Assembly (NCBI GenBank): GCA_951406725.2
Contig: OX597826.1
Span: 17,174,001-17,238,000 of the forward strand
Origin: Octopus vulgaris
Lineage: Eukaryota
Direction: 5' to 3'
DNA length: 64,000 nucleotides
A program made the position numbers and the translations under genes. Below are positions 26,364 to 41,774 of this stretch, piece by piece. Numbering within the stretch: position 1 is the first letter of the stretch; each line of letters opens with the position of its first letter. The notes beneath the pieces were generated by a model. It did not search any database and was not told the DNA's origin. It saw only the letters and a list, made by a program, of their open reading frames with translations.

Positions 26364-26365
<2 letters not shown>
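26051..26365 (+). mobile_element. Non-autonomous Helentron/HINE-like element
   Basis: 5' ttacatctgccttagcg..ggaggtattgttttc, (GTTT)n, ggattcggatgaaacttt. 3' subterminal inverted copy cttagcgggg followed by hairpin gcgctc-tct-gagtgc and cttgtt. Confidence 0.7.
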
Positions 26366-26420
<55 letters not shown>

Positions 26421-26824
26421 TTTCTCTATGTTTACAATCTTTTATTTTCTAGCTTTTTAGTAATGAATACATTTCTAATCTTTAATTGTTCTAATAATAT
26501 CTACTAGTTACTTTTTAATTATACTACTAAAATTCCCTTCCATTTATTAGAAAATCTTCTTATTAATTTATATCATTTTATCATTGTTTTTTCTTCCATA
26601 ATCTTTTAAAATTTTGACTTTGCGTTCTTATAACGTTGCGTTGAGAATTTAGTATTTAACAAAAACTTTTTTCACCTAAAGGCTTAAATTCTACATTATT
26701 TTGAAGCATTTTTTTTTGCATTAATGCGGACATGTAAGTAATTTATTTATTATTAAATATAATAATATAAACTATTTACTTTTTAAAAGTTACAAAGCAA
26801 TCTGTCGTGATATTAGAGTTTTCA

Positions 26825-27225
26825 TTTTACTCTTTTACTTGTTTCAGTCATTTGACTGCGGCCATGCTGGAGCACCGCCTTTAATCGAGCAACTCGACCC
26901 CGGGACTTATTCTTTTGTAAGCCCAGTACTTATTCTATCGGTCTCTTTTGCCGAACCGCTAAGTAACGGGGACATAAACACACCAGCATCGGTTGTGAAG
27001 CAATTCTAGGGGGACAAACATACACACAAACACACACACGCATATATATATATACATATATACGACGGGCTTCTTTCAGTTTCCATCTACCAAATCCACT
27101 CACAAGTCTTTGGTCGGCCCGAGGCTATAGTAGAAGACACTTTCCCAAGGTTCCACGCAGTGGGACTGAACCCGGAACCATGTGGCTGGTAAGCAAGCTA
27201 CTTACCACACAGCCACTCCTGCGTC
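26825..27225 (-). mobile_element. Full-length tRNA-derived SINE family A
   Basis: Head gcaggagTGGCTGTGTGGtaagtagc...GGTTCAGTCCc, internal (TA/TG)n, tail ggtgctccagcatggccgcagtcaaatgactgaaacaagtaaaaga. Confidence 0.95.
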
Positions 27226-30200
27226 TTTTGTTAAAAAAATTTCATCAAACTATTTCTCTGTCGTTTATGGCTTGATATATATATGTGTGTGTGTGTGTGT
27301 GTTTCAATACCTTGACTTTAAAACAGGTTGATGAGTCAGTCAAAATGTCTGAAAAGATATATTGTGATAATTAATCCCTTAACGTTTGGTATTTATATTC
27401 TGTTTATGCTGCCAAGATCCTCCTTTGTTTCCGCAGGTTTGTTTAATTAATTATAAGTAATATATTGGTTACAGACTATCTACAAATATTTACAGTTATG
27501 TCGCATTACAATATAACTAGCATGATTTATCTGTGCTCCCTTATAGAAATAAATAAAATCAATACAATTATAGCTTCGTTAATAACTATTTAAAAAAACA
27601 ATTACACCATTGCAACTGTCTGACACAAAAATGCTTTTTGAAGTATAATAATGGGTTGTCTGATCTGTGATTTTTCTGTTGATCAACGATCTATTTTTGT
27701 CCTATTTTCATTGAATTAATTTCCTTTACAATAACCATGAACTAATTGACAGGAAGCGGTACAGGGAGCTGCGGACTGATAATGGCTATAAGTCAATATT
27801 GTGGTGTTATCAGAAGAAAATTGACTTCAGATTCGAATACACCACCCGAAAAGTAACGTAGGTCAAAAGCTTTCATCTACGATAGTATCTATAGCAGAAA
27901 CGTTTTGTAGGGCAATGTAATGAGAGAATTCAATTTCCCATCTATTGATTGAGTTGCTAATATCATAAAGTAACATCATACCAGTTAGTGGATATCCGAA
28001 ACGCCTACACGAAATCATGAGAAATCTATCTACCGAAAAGGAAGGAATTTATAAAATATCAGAACAAAACACGAAGGTAAGTCCTACACAGTATTGAAAC
28101 GTAACAAAAATTAAAAGGGCCATTATCATCAATGCATTTAAGTGAAGGGTTTTGTTAATAAACATATTAAACTTCTAATTTGGTTATTATAATCTGCTTG
28201 AAGTATAGATGAAATATTGCCATCAGCTACTGCATAAACTTTTACACTAAATCTAAATGGTATGCTATATCCACAACTACTTCGAATGAATCCCAACAAA
28301 TATAAATTGCTTGCGTTGCTATCACTAAAACTTTGCTTAATAGGAAGGAGACATATACCTTATTTTAGCAACGATTCGGAATGTTTACAATATGTGGTTA
28401 CAATATGTTGCTGGATGTTTTCACCTCCATCAACATACCTTGAGAATTAACTTACCCGCTATCCAAATAAACTCCTGTTCTTTAGAAATAAGCTGAACAG
28501 TGAAAAAATATCACGTTGTATTCGACCTGACTAGACCCTAATTTGCAATGTCACATTCGCACTGAAATTTAGTTTGTTTCGTGTTGCTTCTTCTCCTTGA
28601 CGTTACTGGAGAAACGCTGCTCATTCTTATCACCCTCGTCATCATCATCAAATATCAGTGTTGACTTCAAGGAAAATGAAATTGGATGTTATGAAATGCT
28701 TTATTTTCTCAAGAATGTTGACGATGTAAGTAAATTAAAATTGCTATATCAAGAGCAAATTAAAACTGAGTATGGTATACGATTCAGTGTTGCCACGTGT
28801 CAGTCCTGTTTGAGATGTATTTACACCAAACATAGATTTCATTGTGGCAGAAAAATTCATACGCAACTCTTTTATTACAGTGATGATAATTTTAATGATT
28901 TTTACTGAAATCCAATATATATGTGATTTCATATTACAAACATCTTCGTCTTCCACTACATTGATTACAACAATCTATTATTTCCAATTTGTATGTAAGA
29001 AGGTGAAAGACGTATGTATTACATTTTATAAAATGTTTTCTATGCAAGTTAAACCATTTTCTTAATGGTTTCTATGGAAGTCACATTCGAACAGACAGCT
29101 CTGATCTATATGACTCATCTGCATGCTTCGCAAGAGATTTATCGAATAAATTCCACCAAGGTCTCTTCTCATTTTTCTGAATCACAAAGACTGGAATTTA
29201 ATATCACGTGACCGCCCTTACCAACTATAAATGTTTACTATATAGTTTTAAGATTTAAAGTTATTTCTCTTCCAGTCTTATTTAATCCTTTAAGTCTTAG
29301 CTCTTTTAGCTCGTAGCAAACCAATAGAATTTATGTTTCTTGCTTTAAATAAATGTCTGTTTGAAAATAAAAAGGTATTAACAAAATTTAAAAATGTATA
29401 TGAAACTTTTACTAGAAATTCTTAGCTTTGATATCAGCGTTCTGAAATTTATAACAACTGCACCATATACAGCATTAGATAAACTGGAAGTTATAATGGT
29501 ATATCCAATGCAGAAAGAGATATTGATTTACAATACATCAGAGTAGCCAGTGCTATATGTTGCTAACCTTGGATAAACCTGAACCAAAATACCTTCCATT
29601 ATTAACTACATTCTTTCATATGAGAAATATTCCACCCGATAAACTTGCCACAATGAATTAAGCCAATAAATATAAAGATTCCGAGAAATATAAGTTATAA
29701 AACCGAAGCTAAATTATTGAAGCAGAACCAAAAATATATTTTCAGAATATTCTAAAGTAAATAAAAACTTATGACTTTTAGCTTCCATACAGACACTGTG
29801 GGTCTATTCGAAGTGAAATTACTTCAACTAGGAATTGAAACGAAATCGCGGTTGTAAATTTCTTTAAGATTAACAACAAAAACAGGACACATGCTAGGGA
29901 TACTTTGATTTCCAGGAAATATAATCAAAGAATATCTACTCCATTCACATAAATTTTTGGATGATGTTGAAGGTTGAATTATTAACAGTTCTTCACTGTT
30001 ATGCATTTTATCAATTCTTGTGTATAATTCAGGTAAAGTTTAAGGAGCAACGAACTGAATTTAAAATGTCACTTAGAACACAGCAATATCATAACACGAT
30101 ATTATGAATATTAAATGCAATTTGCTCTATAACCTTGATAAAGTTTATAAGTCTGCATTTCAAAATACCTGCTCTCGTGCGATTATTTATGAAATGGCAG

Positions 30201-30529
30201 GTCTAGTTACTAAGATTATATCCATTATTTCAGAAGAAATTGGCTCCATATTTCTGTACATTATCGTTATGATATGAAATTTGCAGTTGTATCTTTACTG
30301 AATAAAATGCCTATATGAGGAACATTTATTTTCACTACACACACCATTGTGAGATTTTCGTTTTCGATAATTTGCCTTGGAGAAGACTATATTTACTTTG
30401 TGGCACTGTATTACGTTTGTGTTTAGCCTGCTTTTAAATTTAACTAGCTCTTTTCTTTCAGTAGTGATTTGGTACAATATGCAGTTCAACTAGTAATGCA
30501 AAGAGCATGACTAGTTTCAATATTCTTTC

Positions 30530-30578
<49 letters not shown>

Positions 30579-30663
30579 GGGGTTATAAGAGATAATAGTG
30601 TCATTGAGACCCAAAGCTGTCAGATAATGCTAACTATTCTTGACTTAACTATTCTCTCACACC

Positions 30664-30715
30664 GTCTCCGATGAAGGGATATAATTAATAAATATCCTCG
30701 AAACACCTGTAAGAC
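30664..30715 (+). ncRNA. Decayed type I hammerhead motif inside a ~200-bp repeat flanked by (TA)n
   Basis: GUCU-CCGAUGA-A-GGGAUAU(aauuaauaa)AUAUCCU-C-GAAAC-ACCU-GUA^-AGAC. Core U4>C substitution; all three stems are recognisable. Confidence 0.6.
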
Positions 30716-31686
30716 CTATCTATAAATGCTCTAATATCTACACAGCCTTGGTATTTTTATCTTATTACGCTAAAACTTCTTATATATAAATATATTTCAT
30801 CTTACTTGATTTAAATTATTTTATCATTATACAAAGTAATTATTTTCTTGTTCGAAGTGTTTGTTTGGACTTAGAGCCAAAATAAATGGAAGCAAAGACA
30901 GGCTGTTATCTTAAGATATTCCCTTTGAAATATTTATATGAGAGACGACCATTATTTCACATTCAGTCACACATTAAGGATTGTAGAGCAGGTCTTTGTA
31001 AATCTTTCAAAACCACTAATTAAGTTAGCAGGTACTGTTACAAACTGTAATCACTTCACTATATAAGAGTTGGGCACAGAATCAGATCGCATTTTTGTAC
31101 TCCAGACAGCTGAATTTTATCTGTTAAATGTTGTTGAGTACTTCACCATATTCTTTTCTTGAGTACTTCAAAATATTCTTTTGTCCCTGAGTTGTTGCTC
31201 ATGGATGGCAATAGGTTATATTTGCAATAATCTTGGAAATCGTTCAAACAGCTCGTGGTATTCTGAATTTCCTTCATTCTTCTCAGGTCTAACATGCTTT
31301 TCGGTTCATGGCTTATTGTGACTACATATATTCAGATTGCATGATTGTCTTCATCGATAATTTCATTTTGCTAGGATGACACTTAATAAAATATTCTAGT
31401 TTTGGGAGACTCTGTAAAATGTGTGTGTGCATGTGTGTGTGTGCGTGTATGTGCATGTGTATGTGTGTATGTGTATGTATGTATGTTTGTATGTATGTAT
31501 GTATACTGTAAGTGTGCACATATACATTTACACGTCTATTTATATATTAGTACACAAATACACATAGGCACCCAATCCGTACAAATTGTAGATCCAACTA
31601 CAATCATTCGCAGTGCAGCTAATGAATAAAAGAACAGAAGTGAGGTTCAAAATACACAACAGCTGAACCTCACTTGCGTTCTTTTC

Positions 31687-31732
<46 letters not shown>

Positions 31733-31938
31733 GGAGACGCAATGGCCCAGTTGTAAGGGCAGTGGACTCGCGGTTATAGGATCGCGGTTTCGATTCCCGG
31801 ACCGGGCGTTGTGAGTGTTTATTGAGCGAAAACACCTAAAGTGGTGTCATTTGAAGGCTAAAGCAATGCGAAGCGCATTGTGACCAGCGATGTATAGCAA
31901 CATCTGATAGCCTGGTCGGTCACAGTGATCAGGGTGAT
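31733..31938 (+). mobile_element. Internally deleted tRNA-SINE family B
   Basis: Head and tail match the reverse complement of 61457-61767; the middle ~100 bp is missing. Confidence 0.85.
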
Positions 31939-32083
31939 ATATATTAATTATACAATTAATATAAGCAGCAGTTTGCAACGTTTCACCGAAAGGAGAGAAT
32001 TATAAATGTAACTAGGTTGCAAGGAAACAACTACATTGCTAAAATAAGACCTAAAGCACATCAATGAAAACATATATATTAAT

Positions 32084-32286
32084 AGGGTCCACAATTGTCC
32101 GAAAAATGACGATCAAGAATTCTCATTACTGACGTCAGTTTCGCCAATTTCCGTTGTCTTATCAGTTAAGCCCGCTCGATTGTTCGGCTTTTTTTTGGTA
32201 CCCGGGCATAACATATGAGGTAACGGAAATTGCCGACTCTGGCGTGTCAGTATTACGAATTCTCGATCAGCATTTTTCGGACAATT
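32084..32286. mobile_element. MITE-like foldback element
   Basis: ~70-bp imperfect inverted arms, aattgtccgaaaaatg...ccgttgtcttat and atgaggtaacgg...catttttcggacaatt. Confidence 0.75.
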
Positions 32287-32308
32287 ATATATATATATAC
32301 ATACATAC

Positions 32309-32384
<76 letters not shown>

Positions 32385-32424
32385 ATATATATATATATAT
32401 AATATATATATATGTATGTATATA

Positions 32425-32491
<67 letters not shown>

Positions 32492-32569
32492 ATAAATATA
32501 TATATTTATATATATGCATATATATGTATATATATATATATATATAGCCTTAACTTTAGATCTGCCGCC

Positions 32570-33830
32570 TGTACTTCTTAGAGCATTGGGCCCCATGGTT
32601 CCAGCACTTGGTTCGATCTGCTAATATTCTTGCACATCCATTTCATATAACGTTTATTAACTTCAGATCATTTTGAAATATCCACTACCAAGTGATCTTC
32701 TTCGGACTGTCCCTTTGCTACCAACTGACATGTAGAACACAAGTCATGGCATTTTCCAGTGTCGTTGACAGGTTAGACCAGTCGTTCTGAACGGCGTTCC
32801 ATATGGGCCTTGGGGTGAAGGTCATATAAGATTGTGTTGTTAAAGTTTATATGTAATAAATTGGTTATATTTCTTCATTATACAAAATATTTAAAGAATA
32901 TTTTATGCAATTCCTAATTACAAAAAGTATAATAGGAATTGGCTAGAAGGGTCTATCCGAGTAAAACAAGAATCAAAGGAGTTAATAGGTAAAAATGGCT
33001 GCGAAACACCAGGTTAGATGGATAATTTGACTAGCCAGTCGGAATCAGCGTTCTCCTACAATCTCTTGCGATGGTCGTGGCCTCTCTCTTTTCAGAATTT
33101 CCTCGTTTGTGCTATAGTCCCGCAAGATGACCTAGAGTATCTTTCTGGGGCACTTGTCCCTACTGCACTTTTCCAAGTCACGTTGGCATAAATTTCTGTA
33201 GACAGGACGATGAAGTTATACAGGCTAAATTTCACATCGGTACTCATGTTTCGAGCTCACTCAGATGAAACACGTACTCCCCTTCACCAGCATTTATTAC
33301 AACACTGCCCAGATATATGAACTGGTTCCCTTCTTCTATTTTGTGCTGATGGACCTTGATATCTATTTCTTGGTCTATGGTATTGCCGAAAAACATCACT
33401 TCGTATTCATTGTGCAGATCCTTAATCTGATCCTCTACACATTTTTTGCAGACTTCTCAACTATCACTGACTCACTTGAGAACGTGTAATGTTTCAGAGT
33501 TACCACCAACTAGTTGTACATCACATTTATTTCCACTAATTACTGTGGAGATCAGTGGTGCACCTTCCATCTAACTATGCTTAGGAGGGTGTCTGTGTTC
33601 AAGAGAAGGGGCCAAAAGATGTATATGCACACTGCTCTACTTCAAGTTTATTCTTTAATGTGGGATACTTCCTCAAGCGTGTCGTTGATAGCTGAAGACT
33701 CGGTATTTTATTTAACATCAAATATAATATCTATAAACACAATACCTATTTCTGTCATCTCCACCACCTCAATAACTCCAGCATTTACTGCACCATCATT
33801 ATCTGCATAAAGATTTCCATTCTTTTGCCG
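32570..33830 (-). mobile_element. Decayed RTE-like LINE 3' region
   Basis: Minus-strand remnants LYAD(N), NEEILKR, YG...R and ..GQS(R)KKITW...FQNDL. Confidence 0.55.
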
Positions 33831-34488
33831 TTACATCGTTCATTCAAATCTTCCTATAAGTCCCCATTATTATTTTTACTCGGCTGTCAATGCTGACTTC
33901 ATCCATTGACATACGTGTATAATCGATGTCAATATAAAACAGTAAGTTACCACCTTAAAACTATAATTCACAAATAGCTGAAAGTGACTTGCTTCATAAA
34001 ATCATAGCCTTCCTATTTGCCAAAGCTGAAAGTATTTAACACTCAGCTATGTTACTAACTTCTCTAAAACATGGGATAAAATGGTACATCATAGTAATTT
34101 GCGGCAACAATATAAAACTGAAGGCCGTTTCTTTGATTCACTTTCTTATATTCTGTAATTCCTATAAGGTTAGGTATATAATAAGAAGCGACGATAATGC
34201 AACTAATATTTTCAGTTCTGTTTCTTCCATTCCCGAGTCGACTCACACGCTGGAACATAAAGGAATGAGTTGAAAGTGGTTTGTATAAAAGCAAGTGTAT
34301 TGATGACAATAATCTATAGTAATTCTACAACTCACAGTATTATACTTGCTGAGCTATTAAGCTGTAAGAATGGCACTTTATGGAATTGTTTATATAAAAT
34401 ATTTCTGTTGGCCCGTCACAAGATTTACTGGGGGTGGATTGTCATATAATATGCAAACATAGAAGTAATTGTACACTCAGAAAAGATG

Positions 34489-34506
34489 GATAGATAGATA
34501 GATAGG

Positions 34507-34601
<95 letters not shown>
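34489..34601. repeat. (GATA)n microsatellite (another at 41679-41774)
   Basis: Direct inspection. Confidence 0.98.
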
Positions 34602-34602
<1 letters not shown>

Positions 34603-35008
34603 AGGACGAGTGAGGAAGCTATTAATAAAGAGAGTAAATGGTTCAGAGATTAAGCATTGGTAGAGGCGAGTGCAACTTAATAAGAAACAAAAAGCTAGAG
34701 GGAGCGGGGAATTGATTGAAGAAGAGGGGGGATGAAGGGTGAAGTAGGAGAAAGCAGTAAATAAACAGAGAGACGAAAATGTAGTTAAGGGGAGGCTGCA
34801 ATAAGTGAAGGAGAGTTTTGAGAGGTAGGTTTAGAGAAGTGCAACTAAGAATAAGAGAAAACAAAACTAACGAAAATTATCAAGACATATCTTATTTTAA
34901 TCGGAATAATGGATTTTGGCTTTTAGAAGGAAAGAAATTTGAATGATTTTTGTGCTTTTGTTTTATTTATTGAAGTTGCTATAACTGCTGTTCCTGATAT
35001 CGTCGTCG

Positions 35009-35044
<36 letters not shown>

Positions 35045-35499
35045 TGGTTAAAGCTATTTTATTCCTTTTGTTTCTGAGAAGGTTGGATATAATTTTCTTT
35101 TATGCATTATCTTGCCATTTCTTTGGGTACGGTATTCACATGTTGGAATGAATCACGAGAAATCAACAAAATGGCAAAGACAACACATTAATGCATACAT
35201 ACAATCATGGCTACGCGCACATTGAAAAACGCGTTCACACGCACACTCATCCGCACACGCGCATACACACCACCACCACTACCACCATACTGGACACGGT
35301 GATTCTACATATTATGCTTATAGTCGAGTGAGTATAAGTGTTTTGTGTGAGCATCTATGCGTGTATTTGTGTCTTTGCGTATGCCAAACTGAAAATACTT
35401 AAGCCGTCTATGTGCCTATGTACGTAAGCATTCTGTATTTATTTTTAAAGAATTTGCTGAGGGAGAATAAATGAAAGAATAACAAGAACAACAACAATT

Positions 35500-36275
35500 G
35501 AATAAGGTTTGTTTCTAATTTAGGCAAACGGTCAACAATTTTTAGCACTTGATTGATATCTTATTTTATTGACCTTTCGGTCAATAGAATGAAATAAAAG
35601 AGTAAAGACAAGGTTGACGTTGGTGTTTTGAATTCGGAACGTAGAGAGCTAGAACAAATACTGCCGCCGCCGCTGCTACTTAAATGTAGTGTCAAAATTT
35701 TAGGGCGCTTTTGTTTATTTGATGTTTTTGTCTTTTTCGTGGACACTATTAATTCTTAGAGGGCGCCATAATTAAACGTCTACTTCATTTTTCAACGGTG
35801 AAGTAGAAGAAGAAGAAGAAGAAGAAGAAGAAGAAGAAGAAGAACAACAACAACAACAACAACAACAACAATAACAATAACAGCAGCAGTAGCAACTACA
35901 ATATAAATAATAATACAGAAGAAGGATTTAGGCCCAAGGTTAGAAGTCTTGCGGACACGTGGAGAACCGATACCATCGTTCCCTTCTAGTTGGCTGGTTT
36001 TATGGACTCCAAAAGGAAAAAAAAGGTAAAATTGACCACGGTAGAAATTGAACTCAGTACAAATCATTTTGGCCGACGCTCTAACCGTGTAATATTCCTT
36101 TCTATAATAGGTCTGAAACTTTGCAGGAGGGGACTAGTCGATTACATCAACCTCAGTGCTTAACGGGTACTCATTTTATCGATTCCGGTGGAATTTGAAC
36201 TCAGAGTATAAAGATGGACGAAATGCTGCTAAGCATTTTGCCAAGCGTGCTAACGATTCTGCCAGCTCGAAACCT
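35500..36275 (-). mobile_element. Cluster of three degenerate SINE family C copies interspersed with (AAG/AAC)n
   Basis: Repeated ...gaatttgaactcag.../ttttatcga motifs at about 35500-35660, 35920-36090 and 36100-36270. Confidence 0.65.
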
Positions 36276-36344
36276 TTGTGCCGTGTAATATTACAATATT
36301 ACAATAGCAGTAATTGTAATACATGTAAGAGGAAGAACTATAAT

Positions 36345-36511
36345 AACAACTACTATTACTACTGCGGTAGTGGTAGTAATAGTAGTAGTAGTAATTGTAG
36401 TAGTAGTAGTTGTAGTAGTAGTAGTAGTAGTAGTAGTAACAGCAGCAGTAGTAGTAGTAGTTGTAGTAACAGCAGCAGCAGAAGTAGTAGTTGTAGTAGT
36501 AGCAGCAGCAC

Positions 36512-36555
<44 letters not shown>

Positions 36556-36605
36556 CAGCAGCAGCTACAGCAGAGGTACTACTACTTCTACTACTACTAC
36601 TAACA
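36345..36605. repeat. Compound (AGT/AGC/ACT)n microsatellite
   Basis: Direct inspection. Confidence 0.97.
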
Positions 36606-36999
36606 ACCAAAACAAGAACAACAATGGTAGCCACTTCAGCTGAAGTAGTAAGAGTGAAACAATCTTTGTTAACGCCAATAATGCTGCCATCAGCAAATGG
36701 CAAAGACAATTCCACTGCTTACCATAATGCCATCAACGAGAGACAGGCGAAATGAATCGATTCTAGCAAGAAGAATAAACGGCAGCAAACCGCCTTCAGT
36801 TCCATTTCCAATAACAGCAGAAGAACCAAGACAGCAACATGAACAACAACGTGTATAATTTCTATGTAATATATCTGAAAACCCCTAAAATTTCAGTGAG
36901 AAGCCATCAATATTTTTCTTGTATTTTGTGTTTTATTGTTTCCGTTATAACTGCTCTTGTTATTGTTGTTGACCATATTGTTGTCGTTTTTATTATTAA

Positions 37000-37088
<89 letters not shown>

Positions 37089-37354
37089 GTAGTAGTAGTA
37101 GTAGTGTTGCTGTTGATCCTGTTTCTCGTCATTGATGCGTTTGTCTATGTCTTGCATTGTTTATGTTTTCTGTTTTCAGGGTTCATAGGATTGTGTTTTC
37201 TAGAAAATTCTCGAGTCTCTTAGAGTTGTTCAACAGTTTAGATGTAAAAACTACAATGAGATATTACATAAAAGCTAGAGGAAGAGGGGAAAGAAGAAAC
37301 GAGTAGAATGGGGAGAGGGAAAACAAAGGGTCCACTGATGAAAAGAAAGACACA

Positions 37355-37418
<64 letters not shown>

Positions 37419-40404
37419 AAAAGAAGAATAGGAACAACAACATCAACAATAAGCAAATATAGAGTTGTTGGTAGATGCTCATTCGCCAGTAAAATAATAT
37501 AAAGTTAAGAGTGCCTGGACTGGGATTTAATAAGTAGATAGAAGATAAGAACTAGTGGCTGAGGAAAACAGAATAAACAAGAATAAAAAATAAAAAATAA
37601 AAGCAAAGAACTATAAAAGAAAGCAATAAATTTAAGAACAAATATTAAGACAAACAGAGAAGACAAGAGGAACGATAACAGAAAAAGACAGAGAGAAAGA
37701 AAGATTGGAATGTCAATATGAAAGTAAAAGGTTTAAGAAAAGTACAAGATTGGTTCGATTGCAATATTGAGATTGATGAGGAAGTTCTTGTTCAGGGTAT
37801 CGTCATCTTTACGACTAATATGCAAGATGTTCGACCCCAAGTAGTGTAGAAGCTGCATGAAAAGAAGTCGACATGATTTTTTTTAGTTTAAGTAGGGTAC
37901 AATTATCTACAAAGAGATAGAAAATTCTGGAACTCAAAAACTGATTTCTGTAGTTACATTTACGTGCAAATATGCAACAAAGTAATATATTTCAGAAGGG
38001 AAATGAAATGTCTGCCGTTTCAACTTGGTTTTGTTGGGCAATGTTGACGTAAAGGGAAATAGCCTCAACCGGAAAGCATAACAGGTCCATGATTCAGCTC
38101 ACCACTTTTTCTACTATTTACGCAATAAGAAAATATAATCAACTGAAACTTTAAGACCAAAGCTCGTTTATTAGAAATAACAGGTAAATCATTTCCCAAG
38201 ACACACCTTACCATCTCAAAAAGGGCCAGATAATTAAATCCTTGAAACGATAACCTTAAAAGTAAGAGTACAGTTATGATAAGAATGCCTCTGATCGTAA
38301 GTCCTCTCCGTTACTGCCAATATCCTAAAACTAATAATAAATAAGATATTAACTTTTAACATTGGCACAATTCCAGAAATTCATAAGGAATGAGATTTAG
38401 CCAATTGGATTGACTCTAGAATATTAATGCAATTTGCGTTATCGATCTCATTTCGAGGAACTAGAATACCGAATTTGGCAAGATTTGAAATCCAAACAGC
38501 GAGGAATTAAATTATATTTTATAAAGTATTTCGTGCAGTACTCCTCCATTTCTATCTATTTACTATCCTCAGAGATTAATTAAATATTTATTGAAAACCT
38601 GTCACAACAGTACAAAGACTATTGAAAGTGATTAATGCAAATTTATACAAAGTAAAATCTTTTAACAGCAATCATCATTTTCAGAAGAAACAACATATTA
38701 TAAATACAGCTAAAACTAAATGTTGAGGGGTTTTTTTCTATCCAACATCTTTATGCAAATTTATTTGAATTGCAAATACAAACTTCAAAATGTATACTCA
38801 AAAACTAGTTTCTCATTTTTAACTTTTTTCTCATTACATGATCCATCTTTGCGAGAGATCAAACAATCACAGCAGTTAAATATTGCTTTATATAGTCACT
38901 GACAGCTTATTGAAAACTTAATGATAATAGTTTTATTTTTATGTAGTTATTCTGATTTCATTAATTAATTCCGAATCTTGACGCATTGAGACCATTGGTT
39001 TATGTAGAAAGTGGAGTAAAGGTTAATGTCAATATTGATTTCATTGACTGACAAAGGGATTTCGAATTGTTTTGTCCCTAATTAATTATCTGTTCGTGGA
39101 ATGAATGATAGATATACTCGTATTGAAGCATATTTCTGGGTTTACATTGAGATACTCTGCTCGTGACATACGTAGTTTTAAGTTCGAGATTGGAACTATT
39201 TTTATATCTGAATGAATTTATATAACTCCTCACCCTTTCACTTTTCACGAAAAACTCTGATTCAATTAATTAGCCCTTTTTATTAATTACCTTTCGTAGT
39301 TTATTGAAGCGTTGTTATGGCTGTGAAAAAACTATTGATTTAAACAACATGTTGCCATTTTAATGAAAACATACAAATAATACGAGGATCATATTGAGGA
39401 AAACGATGTTGAAGATGAAAATATTATTACTATTATTATTATTACTGTTAATGATATTCTTATTATTATTATTTACTTTAAAATGTTTTCTAGTTGAAAG
39501 GCAAACATTATACTGTTATGCGAATAAATCTGAGAAATGAAATTTAGATTTGAAAACCTTATGTTGTTGCAACATAGCAACTTAAAAGCATTTGGAATTT
39601 TAAAATATTCCGTGAAAAAGAACTGATATTGCATATGGCTGCTGAATACTTATCAGGTTTGAATATGATAAAACGGACACGAACAGTTCAAGAGTGAGCT
39701 GCTAGTGGGGGCGGGGTGAGGAAGGCGGTTAAAATTATGCAATAACTTAGATATAAGTGACTCTGAACGAAAAAAAAGATATGATTACATTGAGCGCTAA
39801 AATCTAAGAATCAAACTTGCTGGAAAATTGTTTTTCTTTCTAATTTTCTTCAAATATAAATAATTTCAGTTGGTTTCTATTGCTTGTTAAATCTATATAT
39901 CTATTTCCAATCTATATACTTTACGTCACTTCCGTACTTCTAATATTTTTAAAATTCAGTAGGGTATGACACGTTCATTATTTTGCAAATGGATGTAGAA
40001 TGCCCTTACAAAATAAAATAGCGTACGCTTAACTCTTGACTCAGTATCAGTATAAAATAAATATTGTTTTAACTTATTCGAAACTATTGATGCGAAAATG
40101 AATATAGTCATAGAATCAGAGCCTTGCTGTTGGTTAGTGGGAAGTTCTAAAGTTCATTATATAAAAAATGCCCAAGGGACTAATTTCACTGTTGATTACA
40201 ATTGCTTCGTAAATCAAACGAATTAGAGTTAAATTTACCGACAGGGAAGACTAGTATATTAAAGAAGACTGTAGTATATTAAAGAAGATATGCTCTTCAT
40301 AGATAGTAATTATTTCAAGATAAAAGAATGATGAAATACATCTAGTGGATTTGAAGTCAAAATACATGAGTTACTAAACACTATACACTCCAATCAGTCA
40401 CACT

Positions 40405-40562
40405 GATTTCAAATTTTGGCACAAGACCAGTAATTTCGGAGGAAGGAGTAAACTGATTACATAGACTCCAGTGTTCAACTGTTACTCATTTTATCGACCC
40501 AGAAAGGATGAAAGACCAATTGGACCTTGGCGGAATTTGAACTCAGAACGTAAAGACGGACA
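40405..40562 (-). mobile_element. SINE family C copy
   Basis: ttttggcacaagaccag...ttttatcgacccagaaaggatgaaag...ggcggaatttgaactcagaacgt. Confidence 0.85.
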
Positions 40563-41069
40563 AAATCCAATCAGTCATTTTAACAAAAGTTCTATTATAT
40601 CGTTTGTGTTTATTTTTATATTAATTGTTAATGACAATAGTTATTGATATCATTTTTGGTTGAGGCATTGACAAAAAGTGTGACTAGTTAACTAAAGGGT
40701 ACAACGTGTCATACACGCAGTTTCAGGTGTCAATGAGAATTCTTTGAGATGATATTCGTATTCGTAACCATAGATTCTACTCTGTATAAAATAAATTATA
40801 AGAACCTAAGAATGTGAAAGTCAATAACACAGGCATTCTATCGAATTTTCTTTCTACCACTCTCTTGAAGATTTATTGATTTATGAAAAACTATTTTACA
40901 TTTAAACAATGTAGCTTATACTAATTTTCAATAATTATATACAATATTTAGCCGACGGGCGCAATATATGCAAAGACGTGTAACAGGCAAGCAGAGTTCC
41001 AAGAAAAGTTTCTAATTGGCCTGTATGTCAGCTCCATTCATTTCCATCTCTAATAGGGAAAGATATGCA

Positions 41070-41111
<42 letters not shown>

Positions 41112-41678
41112 ATGTATATATATAACGTTTGCAGGGTTAGCGGTTATAGTAACCGACTAAGGGATAAAATATCCATATTTAGTGTATCGGTATTAGTTAC
41201 CTGTGTTATCTCTGGACATGGGCATGCGGGTACACTATTCTCGTAGGGCACAGGTAACAAGAGAATAAACTAAATTTTATCAGGAATCAAATTTCAATAA
41301 TTAGAAAATAATTAGATCAAGACGCAAATCAATTGGACCACATCTGTAGATGATTTTTTAATACAAAACAGGACATAACAATTCTTACGGCCTTTTCCGC
41401 TTCAAATGTCAGTGAGTGCCTACGAAAGAATTGCGAAAATAATATTCTTCAACTTCATAGGTTATTCGAACTAGAACATGGAGCTTCATCAGAGTGAATA
41501 CAAAAGCATCCAAAAATATATATACAATTGCAGCGTGGAAGGTGTTTATAAGCTATTTAAAACACACAAAACCGTTAGATTCACTTCAACATTTAAATTT
41601 AATTAGCCAAAATATTTAATATATATATAGAGAGAGAGGGGGGAGATAGAGAGGGAGAGAGAGAGGAGAGTGAGAGGC

Positions 41679-41774
<96 letters not shown>

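Noticed and set aside
28456-28492. Possible 37-nt phase 0-to-1 exon LISKEQEFIWIA
   Set aside because: Phase fits the exon at 20173, but it is too short and lacks a recognisable ATD motif.
36156-36755. 199-aa Ser-rich ORF and other long low-complexity ORFs ([12 protein letters not shown])
   Set aside because: Translations of microsatellites and SINE sequence.
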